Shown piece by piece: positions 14,153 to 28,340 of a stretch of DNA of 64,000 nucleotides; the first letter of the stretch is position 1, and every line of letters begins with the position of its first letter. Below the pieces are notes generated by a model. The model did no database searches, was not told the origin of the DNA, and was given only the letters and a program-made list of their open reading frames with translations. The DNA is from Hydrolagus colliei (Eukaryota), in assembly GCA_035084275.1 (NCBI GenBank), contig CM068742.1, forward strand, positions 95,108,001 through 95,172,000. Direction: 5' to 3'. The position numbers and the translations under genes are program-made.

Positions 14153-14274
14153 TCTTAAATTTAGCTTGTTTGCTGCTGACTGTTTCCCTTATCTTCTGGT
14201 ATATTTCCCTTGAATATTTGATGGCACTTTAGCATAACTTATGGGGCAAAAATGATGGCTGTATATTTTGGCAG

Positions 14275-14415
14275 AGTGTGACTGGAGTTGCAATTCTTGT
14301 AATGGACCTCTCAGAAACGACTGCCTGCAGTGCATGGATGGCTACATACTACAAGAAGGATCCTGTGTTAAGCAGTGTTCATCAGGCTTTTACAAAGAAG
14401 GGGAAGAATGCATGC
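14275..14415 (+). CDS. FRAS1: FRAS1 exon, furin-like repeat (ECDWSCNSCNGPLRNDCLQCMDGY...)
   Basis: gcag| acceptor, C|gtaagt donor, 141 nt, phase 1-1. Confidence 0.95.
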
Positions 14416-14722
14416 GTAAGTCTACACCATCTTCTATTATGCTTCACTGAGATGCTGATTTACATTCTAGGAAAATGTGACAGGATGTTTTCGAGCTACT
14501 TTTTTCATTTGAAATATTTTGATTGTCAAATCAAATAGGGATGTGATCAATCATAACACAGAAGTTAATTGACGTTTACAAACCAACCGCAACTTAAATC
14601 AGTTGTTTCAGCTCAGTCATTGCGAGAAAAATATATTTTAAATCCATTTTACTCCAGTCGAAATAAATTTGTTGCTACCAACTAACCAGCTACAATATCT
14701 TTTATTTCCATATATTCTGTAG

Positions 14723-14863
14723 CTTGCAGTGACCATTGTTCGCACTGCACTGGACCCAGTCTCTGTAGCCGGTGTGAAGCATCGTACTTCCTGTTAGAAA
14801 CACAATGTGTTCATGTCTGCGCGAAAAGATATTACACCGATGACAGCCAGCACAAATGCATAG
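14723..14863 (+). CDS. FRAS1: FRAS1 exon, furin-like repeat (PCSDHCSHCTGPSLCSRC...HKCI)
   Basis: ctgtag| acceptor, G|gtaaag donor, 141 nt, phase 1-1; absent from the ORF track, translated by hand. Confidence 0.94.
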
Positions 14864-15327
14864 GTAAAGATGAATTCTGTGCCAGAAGACAAATGCTTAT
14901 GCTATATTACGTTTGCGTATTATAAGAATGCATTATTATAAAACATCAATTTAATTTATGTTTTGTATTTGAATATGTTGTTACAGAGGTGTTGATCATT
15001 CACTAAATATCTCAGAAGATGAAAAGGCAGTTATATTATCACAGACTTTGTCTAGGGCAAGGACATTGCAAAGATAAGGAGCTCAGAATAGGTGCTTTGT
15101 GTTTCTTGATGACATCCAGGATCTGATGCAATTCCTTAGTGCACAGATCTGCAGCGCAACAACTTCACTCGTGTGCATATCTGTAAAATATCACATTCAA
15201 TCATTTGTTCTTCAAAAGTCAGTCGCAAATTGTAATCATCTTATGCAATATTTACTCTGAAAGTTCAGATGCTTTATTCAGCCTTACTTTGTACCTCGTT
15301 TTCTCTTGTTATTTCATCACTGGCCAG

Positions 15328-15468
15328 CGTGTTCCACTGGATGTTTGGAGTGCGACAGCAGCTTGCAGTGCACGCTGTGTGACAGTCCCCACTTCCTGAA
15401 GAATGGGCACTGTGTTGGTGATTGTGGTCTGGGATACAATGGTAATACACACAAGGATGTGTGTGAAG
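15328..15468 (+). CDS. FRAS1: FRAS1 exon, last furin-like repeat (ACSTGCLECDSSLQC...DVCE)
   Basis: ccag| acceptor, G|gtaaga donor, 141 nt, phase 1-1. Confidence 0.94.
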
Positions 15469-17404
15469 GTAAGAATTTTCAAAAGAATGCAACCGTTCTT
15501 TCGACTGGTCGTATTTCTTCTTTCCATTTGGAACAAATTATTCATTCCAATTTATGTAAATGAGAGTGACTCTAAAGTCTATGAAGAGGTAAGAGATAAC
15601 TGGATAGACTTTATCAATCCATCAATTCCGGAGAAAGGTTTGGACTATGATTCTGATCGGGATCAGAGATTCAGTGGAGCACAGATTCCAAGAGAGCAGG
15701 ACAATCTCTGAACCCAGACTAGGAATTTAGTTTTAAACTAGGAATCTATACATAGATTAGCCTGAGATATGTGGTGCAGAGTTTAGAGTTTCAGGTGCTA
15801 TGAGAATGCTGTTTTGCTGACTGCAGGGCAGTTTTTTTTTTACACTGTTCAAAGACCAATCTTGTAATGAATTTAACTAGTCTATGAGACTATTTTGCTT
15901 AAAATTTGAGAGGACACAGAATTGTCGAAAATTCTTAAGCCTGAGGGCAATTCAATTTAACTTTTAATTTAAGAGTTAGTTTTCTGTAGCAACGTCTAAT
16001 TCAAGACTTTTCACAATTCTGTGCGATCTTGAATTTTAAGAACAAAATGGCATAAGACTAAAAACAACAACAAACTTACATTTGTAGAGGGCCTTTCATG
16101 TTGGGGTGTAGAATTTTCATTTTCTTAAGACTCAGGTTGGTGGTTATTGTATCAGTATCAGTGAAACTGTTACCCTAACCCTAAGCTCTACCTAATTATT
16201 ATCCTCACCCGCACCAAACTGTACTCCCATCATCCCAGTCCTTGTCAGGCTCCACTGGTTCCCTATTACAGAAAGCATTGATTTACAGATCCTCACATCA
16301 AGCCATGTAACCTGCCTCTGACCTACTTACTCTTGCTCCACTAACCGCCTCCTACGCTCAGCGGGTTCCAGCCACCTGAATGTCCCTTATCCCCTCCTGC
16401 TGTACTTTCAGTCATAATGCAATAAAACTATGCCTCCTCTTAGCCCATCTTCAGATCACACCTGAAGTCCTTCCTCTTTGACTGTGCCAAGAGTCACTTC
16501 CCCCTGGCTCTGCATCAAGCTCCGCCCCTATCAAATGCTTTGATACACTGCCCCGCATGAAGAGCGCTATGTAAATGCTGGTTGTTGTTAATAAAATGCT
16601 CAATAAAACCTGGCACTTTTATGCATTGCTAACATCTGGGGGGCAGTCTTACATAGATTGTACACCGCAGGAGGAGGCCACGTGGCCCAACTAATCCATC
16701 CTAGTGTTTGTACTCCAAATGAGTCATGGAATTGGGCAATGTGTATCTGAGGTTAGCCAGTGAATCCACATGGCTGTTGGCCAATAGTGACAAGTGAGAG
16801 GTCCATAATGCAAGTTTAAGATGAGTCACAATCTTGAGCACCACAGTGTGGATATGTTACGACAGTTGACTGAGTCAGGCGTTCATTGGACATAAAGTGA
16901 TCCTTAACTGAAATAGTTGCTGCTGTGGTAAAATGTAAAACTGCCAACACGATTAGGGTAAGGAGATCTTACCTTAAGCACTCGCCTCACAAGTCTTATG
17001 TGCTGGTAAACTGCCTGGTCGGCAATATAATGATAGGGTGCATGGTTCAGTGGATACATGTTATAAAGCACTTCAGGAAAGGACTGTGTACCCCGACATT
17101 TACTTACCTAACAAATCCAAATGATGCAGCTCAGCTCCATCAGTTCAAGGTGTTGAGATGCTACCCTACATGGAGGGCACTATACAAGTGCCGTTTGTTG
17201 TTATCAGCCCTTCAGAACATCAGCTGGTTTGCTGAAAGGCAAAATAACCCACTTCTAGGTCCTTGGGTTACTTCTGTAGATAGTCACAATAGTGGTAATT
17301 TGATAACCCAGAAATCATTGCATTTTCCTTCCTACCCGCTGACTAGCTGGCATTGGGAAGTACTGATGGAGCCATCAACATTTGTGTGCTGATGTGCAGT
17401 GAAT

Positions 17405-17760
17405 GCAACAACTACAACAAAATTACATTTATAGAGCGCCTTTCACGTCGGGAAGTCATCCCAAGGCGCTGAACAGATAGGCCGGGACCTGAGCACGGGA
17501 GCAGGCCAGAGGGGAGGGCCGGGGTGGGAGAGAATTAGGAGGGTAATGAGAGAGTTGGGAGGGCAGCAGAAGGCATGGTCGAAGAGGAGGGGACGGGGAG
17601 GTTCAAAGGAGGACAGCAGGTCGGAGAAATTGGAGGGCGGGGACAAGGCCGTGAATGGTCTTGAAGGTGATTCAATCCTCTGGGTGATGGGGAGCCAATG
17701 TTGCTGGGTGAGGATGGGAGTGATGTGGTCGCAGAAGGGATGGTCAGTGATAGTGCAGTC
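17405..17760 (-). mobile_element. L2-type LINE 3' fragment with internal deletions
   Basis: CAACAAAATTACATTTATAGAGCGCCTTTCACGTCGGG tail, similar to the 10495 copy. Confidence 0.8.
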
Positions 17761-17774
17761 CTCGATCTTTAATA

Positions 17775-18200
17775 CAGATATCCCTCCCCAACCGCGGGGG
17801 AATACGTTCCTGAAAACACCGTGGTTGGTAAAACCGTGGTTGGCAAATACAAGGCCCTATGGAAAACATGGGGTTAGGGTGAGTAAGTTGCTTGTTCTTT
17901 TACTAAACACAAAAAAAACACAATAACCTAACAAAAACAATAAATGTTCAAATAACACTATCAAAAAGAATATAAAAAACAAGAAATTCATTTTTTACCT
18001 TAATCCTAAGAGAGAAGTATCATCATGGCTGGTTGATTGCGACATCGCAACTGGGTCCTATTGCCAAAAGCTAGTGGTAGTGTTAAAATCCTTGGATATG
18101 CAAAATTCACTGCCATGGTTGGCAAAGGTTGTCGCAGAGAGGAAACCGTCGATATGTGAAATCTGTGGTTGAAAAGATCGTGGTTGGGGTGGGGTACCTG
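17775..18200. mobile_element. Tigger/pogo-like non-autonomous element (MER2-like ends)
   Basis: TA|CAGATATCCCTCCCCAACC ... GGTTGGGGTGGGGTACCTG|TA; imperfect TIRs and TA target duplication. Confidence 0.75.
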
Positions 18201-18274
18201 TATATTAGTTTGTGGAGGTTAAAAAAGGTAATCCTCTCCAATCTTTAATTTGATAAATAATTTGGTTGTTGCAG

Positions 18275-18545
18275 TTAATGTTCAAGCACCCATCCTTCAT
18301 AGAACCAGCCCAGTACTTGTGGAAATCGGTGGAACTGAGGCACTAAACACTTCCTTCGTCAGCCTGCGTGATCCTGACACACCAGTTGAAAACCTCATTT
18401 TCCATATTGTCAGCCCACCTGCCAATGGGAAACTCATTAAAATAGAAAAGGGCAAGGAGATCCACCTTCAGAAAGGGAGCACATTCACTATCAAGGAGCT
18501 TAGAGAGCAAAACATACGATTTCTTCACGACAAAGAAAAATCAAG
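18275..18545 (+). CDS. FRAS1: FRAS1 exon, first CSPG repeat (VNVQAPILH...FHIVSPPANG...RFLHDKEKS)
   Basis: ttgcag| acceptor, AG|gtaagt donor, 271 nt, phase 1-2. Confidence 0.94.
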
Positions 18546-18742
18546 GTAAGTGCGGCTTTGTTACAATTGTTACAATATTCATTGCAAGTGCTGGAATCCT
18601 TAATATAACTGCCACTTGAGATATTGATATCAATGTGGAATGAAGGTAAGATTTTTTTTTGCCTTGCTTGAAGAGAAACTATACATTGTTCCAACACATT
18701 GAATTTAATCATTACAAAACATGAACACTCGTGTTTGTTATA

Positions 18743-19137
18743 CAGATTGAGCGTCCAAAATCCGGAGTTCCGGAATCTGGACTCCGGGACGATTGGTAGC
18801 AGGGTCGCCCGGAATCCGTAAAATGTTCTGGAATCCGGATACCCTGTCAAAATGTTTCTGCCGCCAGCCGGGGCCAGTGAAAAGTCAAAAAATGAAATCC
18901 AACTACTGTACAGTGACAAAAATTACAAGAATAAAAACGCCAATCCTATCTTTCCAGGCCAGGTCTTCACAGTCACCGCACCAAAATATCGCAACCTGGG
19001 CCCAGGCATTTCCGGACTCGGGACGCGCTTCTGGCGTTTCCGGACTCTGGACATCAGAAACACGTTCCGAAGTCTGGAAAAACACAAAAACCGGCTCGGC
19101 CTTGGTCCCAAGGTGTCGGATTCAGGACGCTCAACTG
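18743..19137. mobile_element. Tigger-like MITE (MER46/Tigger4-like ends), CpG-rich
   Basis: TA|CAGATTGAGCGTCCAAAATCC ... GGATTCAGGACGCTCAACTG|TA; repeated TCCGG motifs. Confidence 0.8.
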
Positions 19138-22100
19138 TAGTACATTCTCACATTGAAACAAAATTAAAGCACTTTCCATGGAGTATGTTGTGGTTGTTAC
19201 TGCTTTTATTTAAGCACATGTGATAGGTAATCTGCACCAGCATTGTTTCTCAAACTGCAATGAAATGAATGATTCATTAATCTGATTTCGGTGAAAGATA
19301 CTCTATTCTACTCACAAATTTTTAAAAATGTATTTAATACATATACTTGCACAGGAATTGCCACAAGCTTGCAATATTTCCACCCAAAACATATCACGGT
19401 TAAAAAGTAAGTTAAACGTTTCACATTAACAGATTGCAGGAATCAATTGTGTGAAATCAGGAGCCGATTGTGTTAGAAACACAATGTGGGTACCAGTTGT
19501 TGAATGTAATTTGGAACTGAATGAACAGTTTTATGGGATATTGCAGCTTTAATAATGTATTTAATTGTGTAAACCTATGGTGCATTATTGCATTATTATA
19601 AGTGAGGCGAGGGCTTTTAGTTCAGGAAGACACAGTGACTCACAAGCGTGAGCTTGTAGGTTTGTTTCAGATTAGAGATAATAATAATAATTCTTGCATA
19701 TGATATAGCGTTTTTCACATCTTCTAGACGTCTCAAAGCGTTTCACAGAATACAGTGTGAAGTGAATTCACTGATAATCACAATAATAACAATGCTTTCA
19801 ATTAATATAGATTATTTCATGTCGGGAAGTCTTCTCGAAGGATTTCACAAGATTTACTGTAAATTGTAGTGACTGAATAAGTGATTGCGGCAGCCACTTT
19901 GTGCACAGCAATGCCCCACAAACCGTCATGTAGTGAATGATCGATTTTATTTGGGGGAATGTTGGCTAGGTCACCAGGAGGCATACTCTTCTCAAATAGT
20001 GCCTTGGGATCTTTAACATTCATGTGAACAGATTTAAAGGTTAAACCTTGGTTTGACGACTCATCTGAAGGATGGCACCTCCAACAATCCAGCACAACAG
20101 CACATCCACAACATTGATTTGGATTTCAGTTTGATAGATCCAATAAATTCAAGGAATCATGCTTATCAGAAATATAGCATTTACTTGCTGATGGAAAAAT
20201 ATTTGTGTTAACTCAGCATCCACTTTGAACCTTAGACAAGAAATAGGTTCTGATTCCAATCTGCAATAACAAAGAAATGCTCTGAGATGCTATCCCATGT
20301 GAAAGCTGTTATTTTTGATGAGACTGCTGTCAGGTGGAATGGTTCCAAGCCAGCAGGATTCAACATGTCTCAGTCTGGCTCACTTGGTAGCATACTCTTG
20401 AGTCAGAAGCCTGTGATACAAAGCAGCACAAAATTGGCCACTTGACCAGAGAATGTTGCTGACAACTAACTATCCCAGCAAACTTCTTCCTTGTCAACTT
20501 ATTAAAAGAAACTCAACTGATTGGATTTATTCATACATCTCATTATTGTTTGAAATCTTGCTGTTGCAGTGCATTTCTTGCCTGTGTAAGGGCAAAAGTA
20601 ACTGATTATGTGAAGCATTTTGAGGCCTTGTGATATAATCGGTTCTTTAAATATAAGTGGTATTGATGCCCACAATGATACTTTGATACTTGTAAAACTG
20701 CCTAAACGTAGGAAAAATAATGCGTTATTTTTTTTCCATGAACTGAAATGAGAAGCAATGATTAGAATAGCAAGAGCTACTCAGATAATTGAAAAAAGTC
20801 TCCTGTGGAAGTTAAATGGGATTTCTGAATCAAGAGGGAATAATTTGTATTTCTTACAATTTATAGATTAAAGGTTTATAAAGTGATGCAGTTGAGTGTT
20901 ACACAGGATATTTATTATCCCGTGAGAAAAACAGATTTCTTGCAGTGATTACCATTTAATAACAGTAATGGTGTGATGGTGTTTAGCGTTTGTGTACTTT
21001 ATCTACAAACTCCATTTGTTAACGTCATCCAGCAGCCAGGACTGTACATTACATGGTATGTCAACAAGACCATACAACATGTCTCAGTCTGGCTCACTCT
21101 TGAGTCAGAAGTTTATGACTTCAAGTCCCATTTCCAGATTTCGAATTCCAAACTCTACACACACCCAATACAAGGCTCTGGAAGAACTGCTTTGTTGGAA
21201 CTGCTGTCCTTCGGATGACTTGAAAAGAGTAGGGTATTTCTCCCATTGTTCTAGGCAAAAAAAACAGATAATCATTCACTTAATTGGTTGCTTGTAGGAT
21301 ATTGTTGTGTGCAACTTGTCTGCTCCGTTTGCCTACAAAATATACAGTTACTGAGCTTTAGTATATCTTATGAAGTGATTTGAGATACTTAAGACTAGTT
21401 TAGAGATACGTTCATTTTAATTTAGTGCGCAACATTGGAACACACTTCAAAAGAGCTCAAATCTTCACACGGTTTTTGAATAAAATCACTTCTTTGAGGA
21501 GATATCCCACCTTTGTCTAGATTTACTGTTTTTATGCAACCTTTTTGAGAGACCAGAATTTGGCAAATTGTTGCATTCAGCCTGGACTTTGGAGTTGATT
21601 GTCTGTGATTCTTGAAATACTTATTACAATAACTTCAGTTATGGAACACTTTGAGTAAGAATAAGTATTATGATTCTTTGCAATGGCATAAATCAATATT
21701 ACCGCTTCACAGAAATAATTTTTCGCTATTTTTACAGAGAGTAAATTTATGCATTTTCAGAGCCTCAGAGAACAATTTGTTACTCAAAAAAACTGAAGAC
21801 TTGCAGTGTACTAGGCAACAGACTAAAACTTCACAACAGGAAGAATGCCTGCAGCAAGATCCTACTATTAAACCATTCATTTGAAAATGGATGAAAAAAT
21901 CAAGCGAGTCTGATAGCCTGCAACATAGATTGTAAAGCTGTGCCATGAATAATTAATATCCCCAGTTTTTGCTGCACCCTTTGATGACTCACCACATGAT
22001 TTGAATTAACATCCACACATACAATTTACACTGGTATAGTAAACCTCACTTAAATCATATCAATTGGCATAGTATATTTAATATGACTTGAGCAAAGTAT

Positions 22101-22306
22101 GATTTATGTCAAATTTGCATAGAATATGAACTCTTCAACGGGACTTGGGTAGTTTTACGACTTAGGCGATTATCTGATTTTTTTACCAATCAGACTTTAG
22201 GCGCAATATAAGTGCAATTTTGTTGTTGTTGTTATGCAAGTTTTACTGTTTTTGTTTACAGAGTTTTTAACATTAGTCTTGTCTTTTGTACCTTGTTTTT
22301 TGACAG

Positions 22307-22391
22307 GAATGGTCAGTTCACTCTGAAGGCCAGTGACCGGCAGCTGTTCTCTCGTCCAGAAACGATTAATATTCAGGCCTTTTCACTTAAG
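22307..22391 (+). CDS. FRAS1: FRAS1 exon (RNGQFTLKASDRQLFSRPETINIQAFSLK)
   Basis: tgacag| acceptor, AAG|gtagga donor, 85 nt, phase 2-0. Confidence 0.93.
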
Positions 22392-24687
22392 GTAGGAATA
22401 GAAACTACATGTTTCTTGCCCATACTGAAAATTCTGTGGCATTAAACCTTTTTTAAAGAAACGTGGGGATGTTATCTAACAGAAAAATCGTTTAAAGAAC
22501 AACAATCCGAATTATATTCTGAACTAAAAACTTGATTATGTCAACGTTTTACTCTGCTTACAGATTTCAACATGATACTGTACATGTAATGTAAATTGCA
22601 ATAGGAATCTCTTGTGTCTATTTTCAAAAGTGGAAAAGGAAAAAGGATCTGGGTGTGATTATTAATTATTTCAATGAATGTTCCCAGTCAATGTGAAGCT
22701 GCTCATAATTAGACTTTCAAATGCATCTTGTGGGAATGAGCTGAAAGAAGTTGGCCTTACCTATTAGCGATTGCCGGTGAAGCAATACTCAGTGGTGTGT
22801 GTAGTTTTGCTATCCAATCTTCAGAAGGACATTGATGTGCTAAAGAGAGCACGGAAAATAGTGACAAGGATGATTTCAGAATCTGAGACCCTAAATTATG
22901 AAGGGAGGTTTAAATGTTTTGTCATTAGGGAAAAGAAGATTGAGAGATGAAATAATCCTGTATCCCAGCAAAGTATTGTCAGCAGTGATCTGATCACCCA
23001 GGACCATTGATTGCTAGTTAGTTTATAGCACTGCTCATTATAACATAGACCTAAACCACAGTAATACAATGGAATCGGCTTGTACTTGCTTATTCAGAAA
23101 TGGAATGGTAACACGCTTCCTGGAGTGATATAGTAAGAGATTCTGTTGCTATGGCATCTTGCTAATAACCTTGACATATGATTCAGCTCATTAATGGCAA
23201 AGCTGTTTTTGTGTTGTAAATGTCTGCCCAGTTTGTGGAATTCAGTGAACTCTTGTATTATTTACAATGGATTGTGGCACTTTTATTTGGGAACAGAGGA
23301 AAAATATTTTGCTACAGGGTTTTTGAATCTGTGGCTGCAAGTGTTTTAAAATGTGTTCAATTGCTTTGGTTCTCAATAATAATAATCCTCCATATGGTAG
23401 TCACATCTTCTAGACGTTTCAAAGCATTTCACGGAATATACTGTGAAGTGAATTGACTATATATGTGGGTGAAACGGGAAAGAATCGGAAAGAAAATCAA
23501 GCAAACTTAGATAATTATCCACCTTTACAAATGGATACCTACACAATACCTACACACTTATAGATTCCTATCTTAATTTAAATCCACTTACATATATGCT
23601 GATGAAATCTGTAAGCACAGTAAAACATTGGCATAAGGGGAAGTGAGTTTTTAGTTCAGAGTAAAGGCTTTAGAATAAGATACAGCACCTGATACCCTTC
23701 ACCTGGACAAGTATAAAATAAATCCACCAAAAACACTGCACATTTTTTTTACAGAAACATTACCGCAAAATTTGTATTCAGCATTCACCACCACAGCATT
23801 GCTAAGATAACCAAGTTTGACCATAACAGGATGCTATGTTTTAGCCCACACAGTGTCATAATTTGGGTTCTGTTTCTCTTTTATTCATGAGCTAAAGAGA
23901 AATGATTTGCGGATAATAGCCAATGACAGTTCCACTATACACAGAATACAAACTAGAAACAGCAGCACAGCAGTTTCCTTTTATTTATGGATATAACATT
24001 TTTAAAGTTTCTAATTCAATGCAGATTATTCTTTGTTACATTTCATATCTAATTGTGAAAATCCTTTGTGAGCCTTTATCTTTTAAACGGTTTGAGGAGA
24101 GATTAACGTTGTGTTTACTTTGCTACAAATAGTGCACTTCTGATTGAAGTGTATTCATCTAAACCTTGCTTTATTTTAAGCATTATTATTGATGGTAATT
24201 CACTGCAATGAGAAACTCCCAATTATCCAAATTTGCTTGATTTTGTTTCTCCATTCAATTTTTTTCTTTGCGGATCTTCAAGAGCCACAATTTTCCTTTT
24301 ATTCTTATGTGAAAATCAACTTGTTTCTCATTCGCATCAGGAACTGGAAAGAGCTTTCACTTTCATTTTCACACATTATCATCCACACATAGGTCTCTTT
24401 GAAGTGAGTTGTTTAGATTTATTTCGTATATCATTTTAAACAAAAAAACTGGAAAAATGCAAAATTTCAGTCTGGAATACCTTAAGCCCACCTTTAAAGA
24501 GTGGGAGATGAAATGTTTTAAAATTGTTGTCACTTACTATCAGCATCAAGCACACACGAGGCACGTTTAGTGTGGCCTATGCACAGAGCAAAGATATTTC
24601 TTCTCTGCTCCAATAATGTTTGCTGTTTGGTTTCGCTGTTATTAAGAAGAACTAACTTTGCATTCATCAAGGTCAAAGACCTTAGAT

Positions 24688-24903
24688 CAGTGGCTTCCAA
24701 ACTTTGAAAGCGGCACCCCGCCACTAACTCAACAACGTTTTCGTTGCACCCCCTCCTCCTTCACACTCGACTCACACACGGGTCCGCTGCTCCGCCTCGG
24801 CTCCACACGCATTCGGGGGCTCGAGACTTTAAAGCTCCTCCCCTCCCCAGCCAATGGTTCATGCCCCCCAAGGGAGGCACACCCCAGAGTTTGGAAACCA
24901 CTG
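24688..24903. mobile_element. hAT-Charlie-type MITE
   Basis: TIRs CAGTGGCTTCCAAACT / AGTTTGGAAACCACTG; 8-bp flanks CCTTAGAT / CCTTCGAG (6 of 8 match). Confidence 0.85.
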
Positions 24904-25804
24904 CCTTCGAGTGATAAAAGGTGGACCAATGTTTCATATTGGGCAACCAGTGACACCCAGGTCAGATGTATGATGGTGAGCTGCAGTGTAAAACTTGTAT
25001 TGTTCTGCCAGCCAGACTCAGCACTCTGACCTTTGAGACGTAAGAATATGGGTTCAAGCCAAAGGACTTTCATCTTGTAATCTAAATTGACACTTCAATT
25101 TAGTGCTGATACTCCAGTGTAGTGTCACCATCCTTCGGTTGAAATGTTAAATGGAGGTTCAAGTTGGTCTGTTCAAGTAGACATAAAAAAATGCAATGCT
25201 ACTATTTATAAAGGGGGTTGCACCCTGCACTTGCCCCAAAATCCACTGAAAATAAATAGGTCATTCAGCTCCTGCCTGTATGTGGAGCATTGCTGTGCAC
25301 AAATTGTCTGCTTTGTTTGCTTATAAATATGCAATCACTCTACTAAATAGAAATTACTGTAAAGTGCTTTGAGACATTTCAACTTCAGAACTCTGTATCA
25401 AATGCAAGGATTATTACTATACAATGATCTTCAGATGACTGTTCTCACACTAGCTATCCTGAATTCACTCCAAGCGAAATTGCTAATTTCATTCTAATTT
25501 GGGAACAAATATTGCCTTGTGCGTGTTCATCCCTACATGGACATCGATTGACCATGCTCAGACTCATTTTGTGCAGATTCTTGCGTGAGAACAGATTTAT
25601 CCCCTCAATTTGTACTCAAATAAACCTAGGTCCGCAAAATGAATGGACCTTGAATTAAACTATTAAAATCTCCCAAGGCCCAAGCTTTTGACTCAGACCA
25701 TAGGAGATTCCTGCTGTGATTCACACTCTACTTTGGTTCCCTCACATGTTGGAAAGAGCTTGGTCTCTGAATAGTGACTGCTCCCAATGACATGGACAAC
25801 ATTG

Positions 25805-26016
25805 GGAACATGCCTAATAATAATCCCTCCAAAAAACCCACAATAATAAAAATTTCAATCCACGACCGTTTGTGGGACACTGCTGTGCGCAATTGGCTGC
25901 CGTGTTTCGCCCACAAATATACAGTCAATTCACTTTACAGTTTATTCTGTGAAGCGCTTTGAGACGTCGATAAGATGTGAAAAGCGCTATTTCAAATGTA
26001 AGGATTATTATTATTA
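25805..26016 (+). mobile_element. tRNA-SINE, 5'-truncated
   Basis: ACATGCCTAATAATAATCCCTCC ... AAGCGCTATTTCAAATGTAAGG(ATT)n. Confidence 0.85.
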
Positions 26017-26219
26017 CAGTAAAAGCCCGTTTATCCGGCACCCGATCAACTGTAACTTCCGTATAACCGGCATCGCAAAAAAAAGGTCCGCATTCGATTA
26101 ACTGGAATTTATCCAGAAAAATGCATTGAAATGTTGTTATTTTTAATTTTGTTTGCGTTTTTAGCCGAATAACCGGCATTGGCCAGGTCCCATGGGTGCC
26201 GGATAAAGGGGCTTTTCTG
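26017..26219. mobile_element. Tigger/pogo-like MITE (family A), inserted in the SINE tail
   Basis: TA|CAGTAAAAGCCCGTTTATCCGGCACCC ... GGGTGCCGGATAAAGGGGCTTTTCTG|TA. Confidence 0.85.
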
Positions 26220-27893
26220 TATTATATTACTCATACCGTGCCATTTCAAAAAAATTAAAGGGATGCTGCGCTTTCCCCAGAGTAATGTGTTTTAACATCT
26301 AGAATTCACTGCAGTAGAGGAACAAAATTAATAAGGGACTACATATCTTCAAGGTGACTTAGCTGCAAAGGAATAGTATCCAATATATGGCATGCTCAGT
26401 TCACTGGATCCTTTGGGAGACATTCCACAGATTGACTGAACTCAAAACAGTAAGTTAGTAGTCAAAACATGGAACTCTGAAGACAAACATACCTGATATC
26501 AGGTATTGCAGCTCTTTGAAATCCTGTACCATTAAAGTGCGTTTCTAGTTCAGAGGAATGATTGGCCCTGCAGCTTTGTGTTGTGGTCTGGCATAGACTA
26601 GTTATTCAGTCAAGTGAAAAGATAATTGAGCGACTAGTTGATTCGAATCATAAAGCCTACCAGAGAATGTTTGTTCAACATTGCATGGAACAGACTTTTG
26701 AATCAGCTTGCACAACATGCAAAGCATTGATTTAACATTGCAAACATAAAATACGCTCAGATACCTGCCGGATCCTAATGCTTTCTTCCCCTGCTAGTTG
26801 TATGGGTGGGATAATGCAGACAATGGATAAAGATTATAAAAGAAAACCCAGAGACTACGTACGTGTCCATTCAATTCAAACAGCGCTTTTGCTTGCATGT
26901 AAGGTTGCACCAGGGAACATTTGGAGAGGCAAGTAGAAATAATGTTTGAATAAGTAATTCTGTAATCGGTCAATCCACTTTGTCCAAAACTATTAATATT
27001 AGGATTTCAGGCCTTTTGAACAGTATCTTCAAACAAACCTTCCCTGAATAATTTATAAATTACACAATTATCCTGTCAGCTGACACAGGATCAATGTTTT
27101 ATACTCTGCATTAATCACACAAATTTACATATCAGGCTAAAATGGTAATCTCTCTTGTTTATGAATTTTGATAGACCATAAACTGTACATTAAAGTTCAA
27201 TATAATGAATAATTCACAAATATAATGTACCCATTTTCAGTTTCATTAGTAAGAAGGTACAAAAATGCTCACTGATCTGTTCCAACTCCACTATCCACAT
27301 ATTAATATTTCATTTGTCAGGAAATTGCCAAGAATGATTTCTGATTCAGACTTTATCAGGGGAGGATTCTTAAAAGATCTTGACTAAAAAAACCTGAGAA
27401 TTAGATGCAACAAATGGCCCACAAAAATAAAGAGCTGTAAGGAGCGCCACTTTAGTGCACCTATCTATAGCATTCTACTATTTGATAAAATGCAAATAGT
27501 AAAATAAAGAGTACCTCCATTGCCAATAGTGATAGGTTCAGACACACGCACACACACAGTGCTATCACTTTTTAAATATAAACCTGTAAATTGAAACACG
27601 CCAGGACACAACTTGCGTGAAGGCCACTACAAAAATGCAAGTTGTTGTTGTTGTTGTAAACCATTGGTTGGATCTCGCAGTTCCCTTACATTGGTTTTTA
27701 AAAAAAAGGTGAAATATTTCCTGTCCTTTTTAAAATATTCCAGTTGTTCATCAGTTGCACAACACACACTGCAACCAAAAAAAATCAACCAAAAAAAATC
27801 TACCTTAAGTACGTTATGTTTAGAAATATAATTCTGGACTGCTTTCAAATGAGAGATAGATAGATGATTGTCAATGACTCTGTGTTTTCACAG

Positions 27894-28220
27894 CCTCCTT
27901 ATGTCCTGACAAATGAAATGTTACTGGTCAGCAGAGGTGGAATGGGAGCCATTTCTAATCTCGTCCTGGACATTGAGGATGAGGACAACCCCACTGACGT
28001 AGTCCTTGGAGTTTTGGACCCTCCAAGACATGGTCGTCTGATCTTGCTCTCAGCGAATGTGGATGTACAGCATTTTCAATTAGAGGACCTGAAACGTGGA
28101 CAGCTCCGTTACATTCATGATGGGACAGACAACATGTACGATCGGACACTCCTGCAAATAAATGATGGGCAGAATTTCCTGAACGTTCTCTTCCAGATCA
28201 AAGTTATTCCAGATCAAAAG
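27894..28220 (+). CDS. FRAS1: FRAS1 exon, CSPG repeat (PPYVLTNE...DPPRHG...RYIHDG...KVIPDQK)
   Basis: tcacag| acceptor, AAG|gtacca donor (weak), 327 nt, phase 0-0. Confidence 0.92.
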
Positions 28221-28340
28221 GTACCAAGCTTTTTGAAACCTATCTTTTTGCTTTCCATAAAAAGCCTTTGTATTTAATGGGAGATCCTTGATTCGTCAAA
28301 CGTTGAGTGATATGGGCTGGAAATTGGAACTGCTGAAGTA

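Noticed and set aside
23599-23626. CTGATGA followed by a CTGT/ACAG stem and TAAAAC, hammerhead-like
   Set aside because: The GAAA core is absent and I could not establish stems I and III; may be chance or a decayed element.
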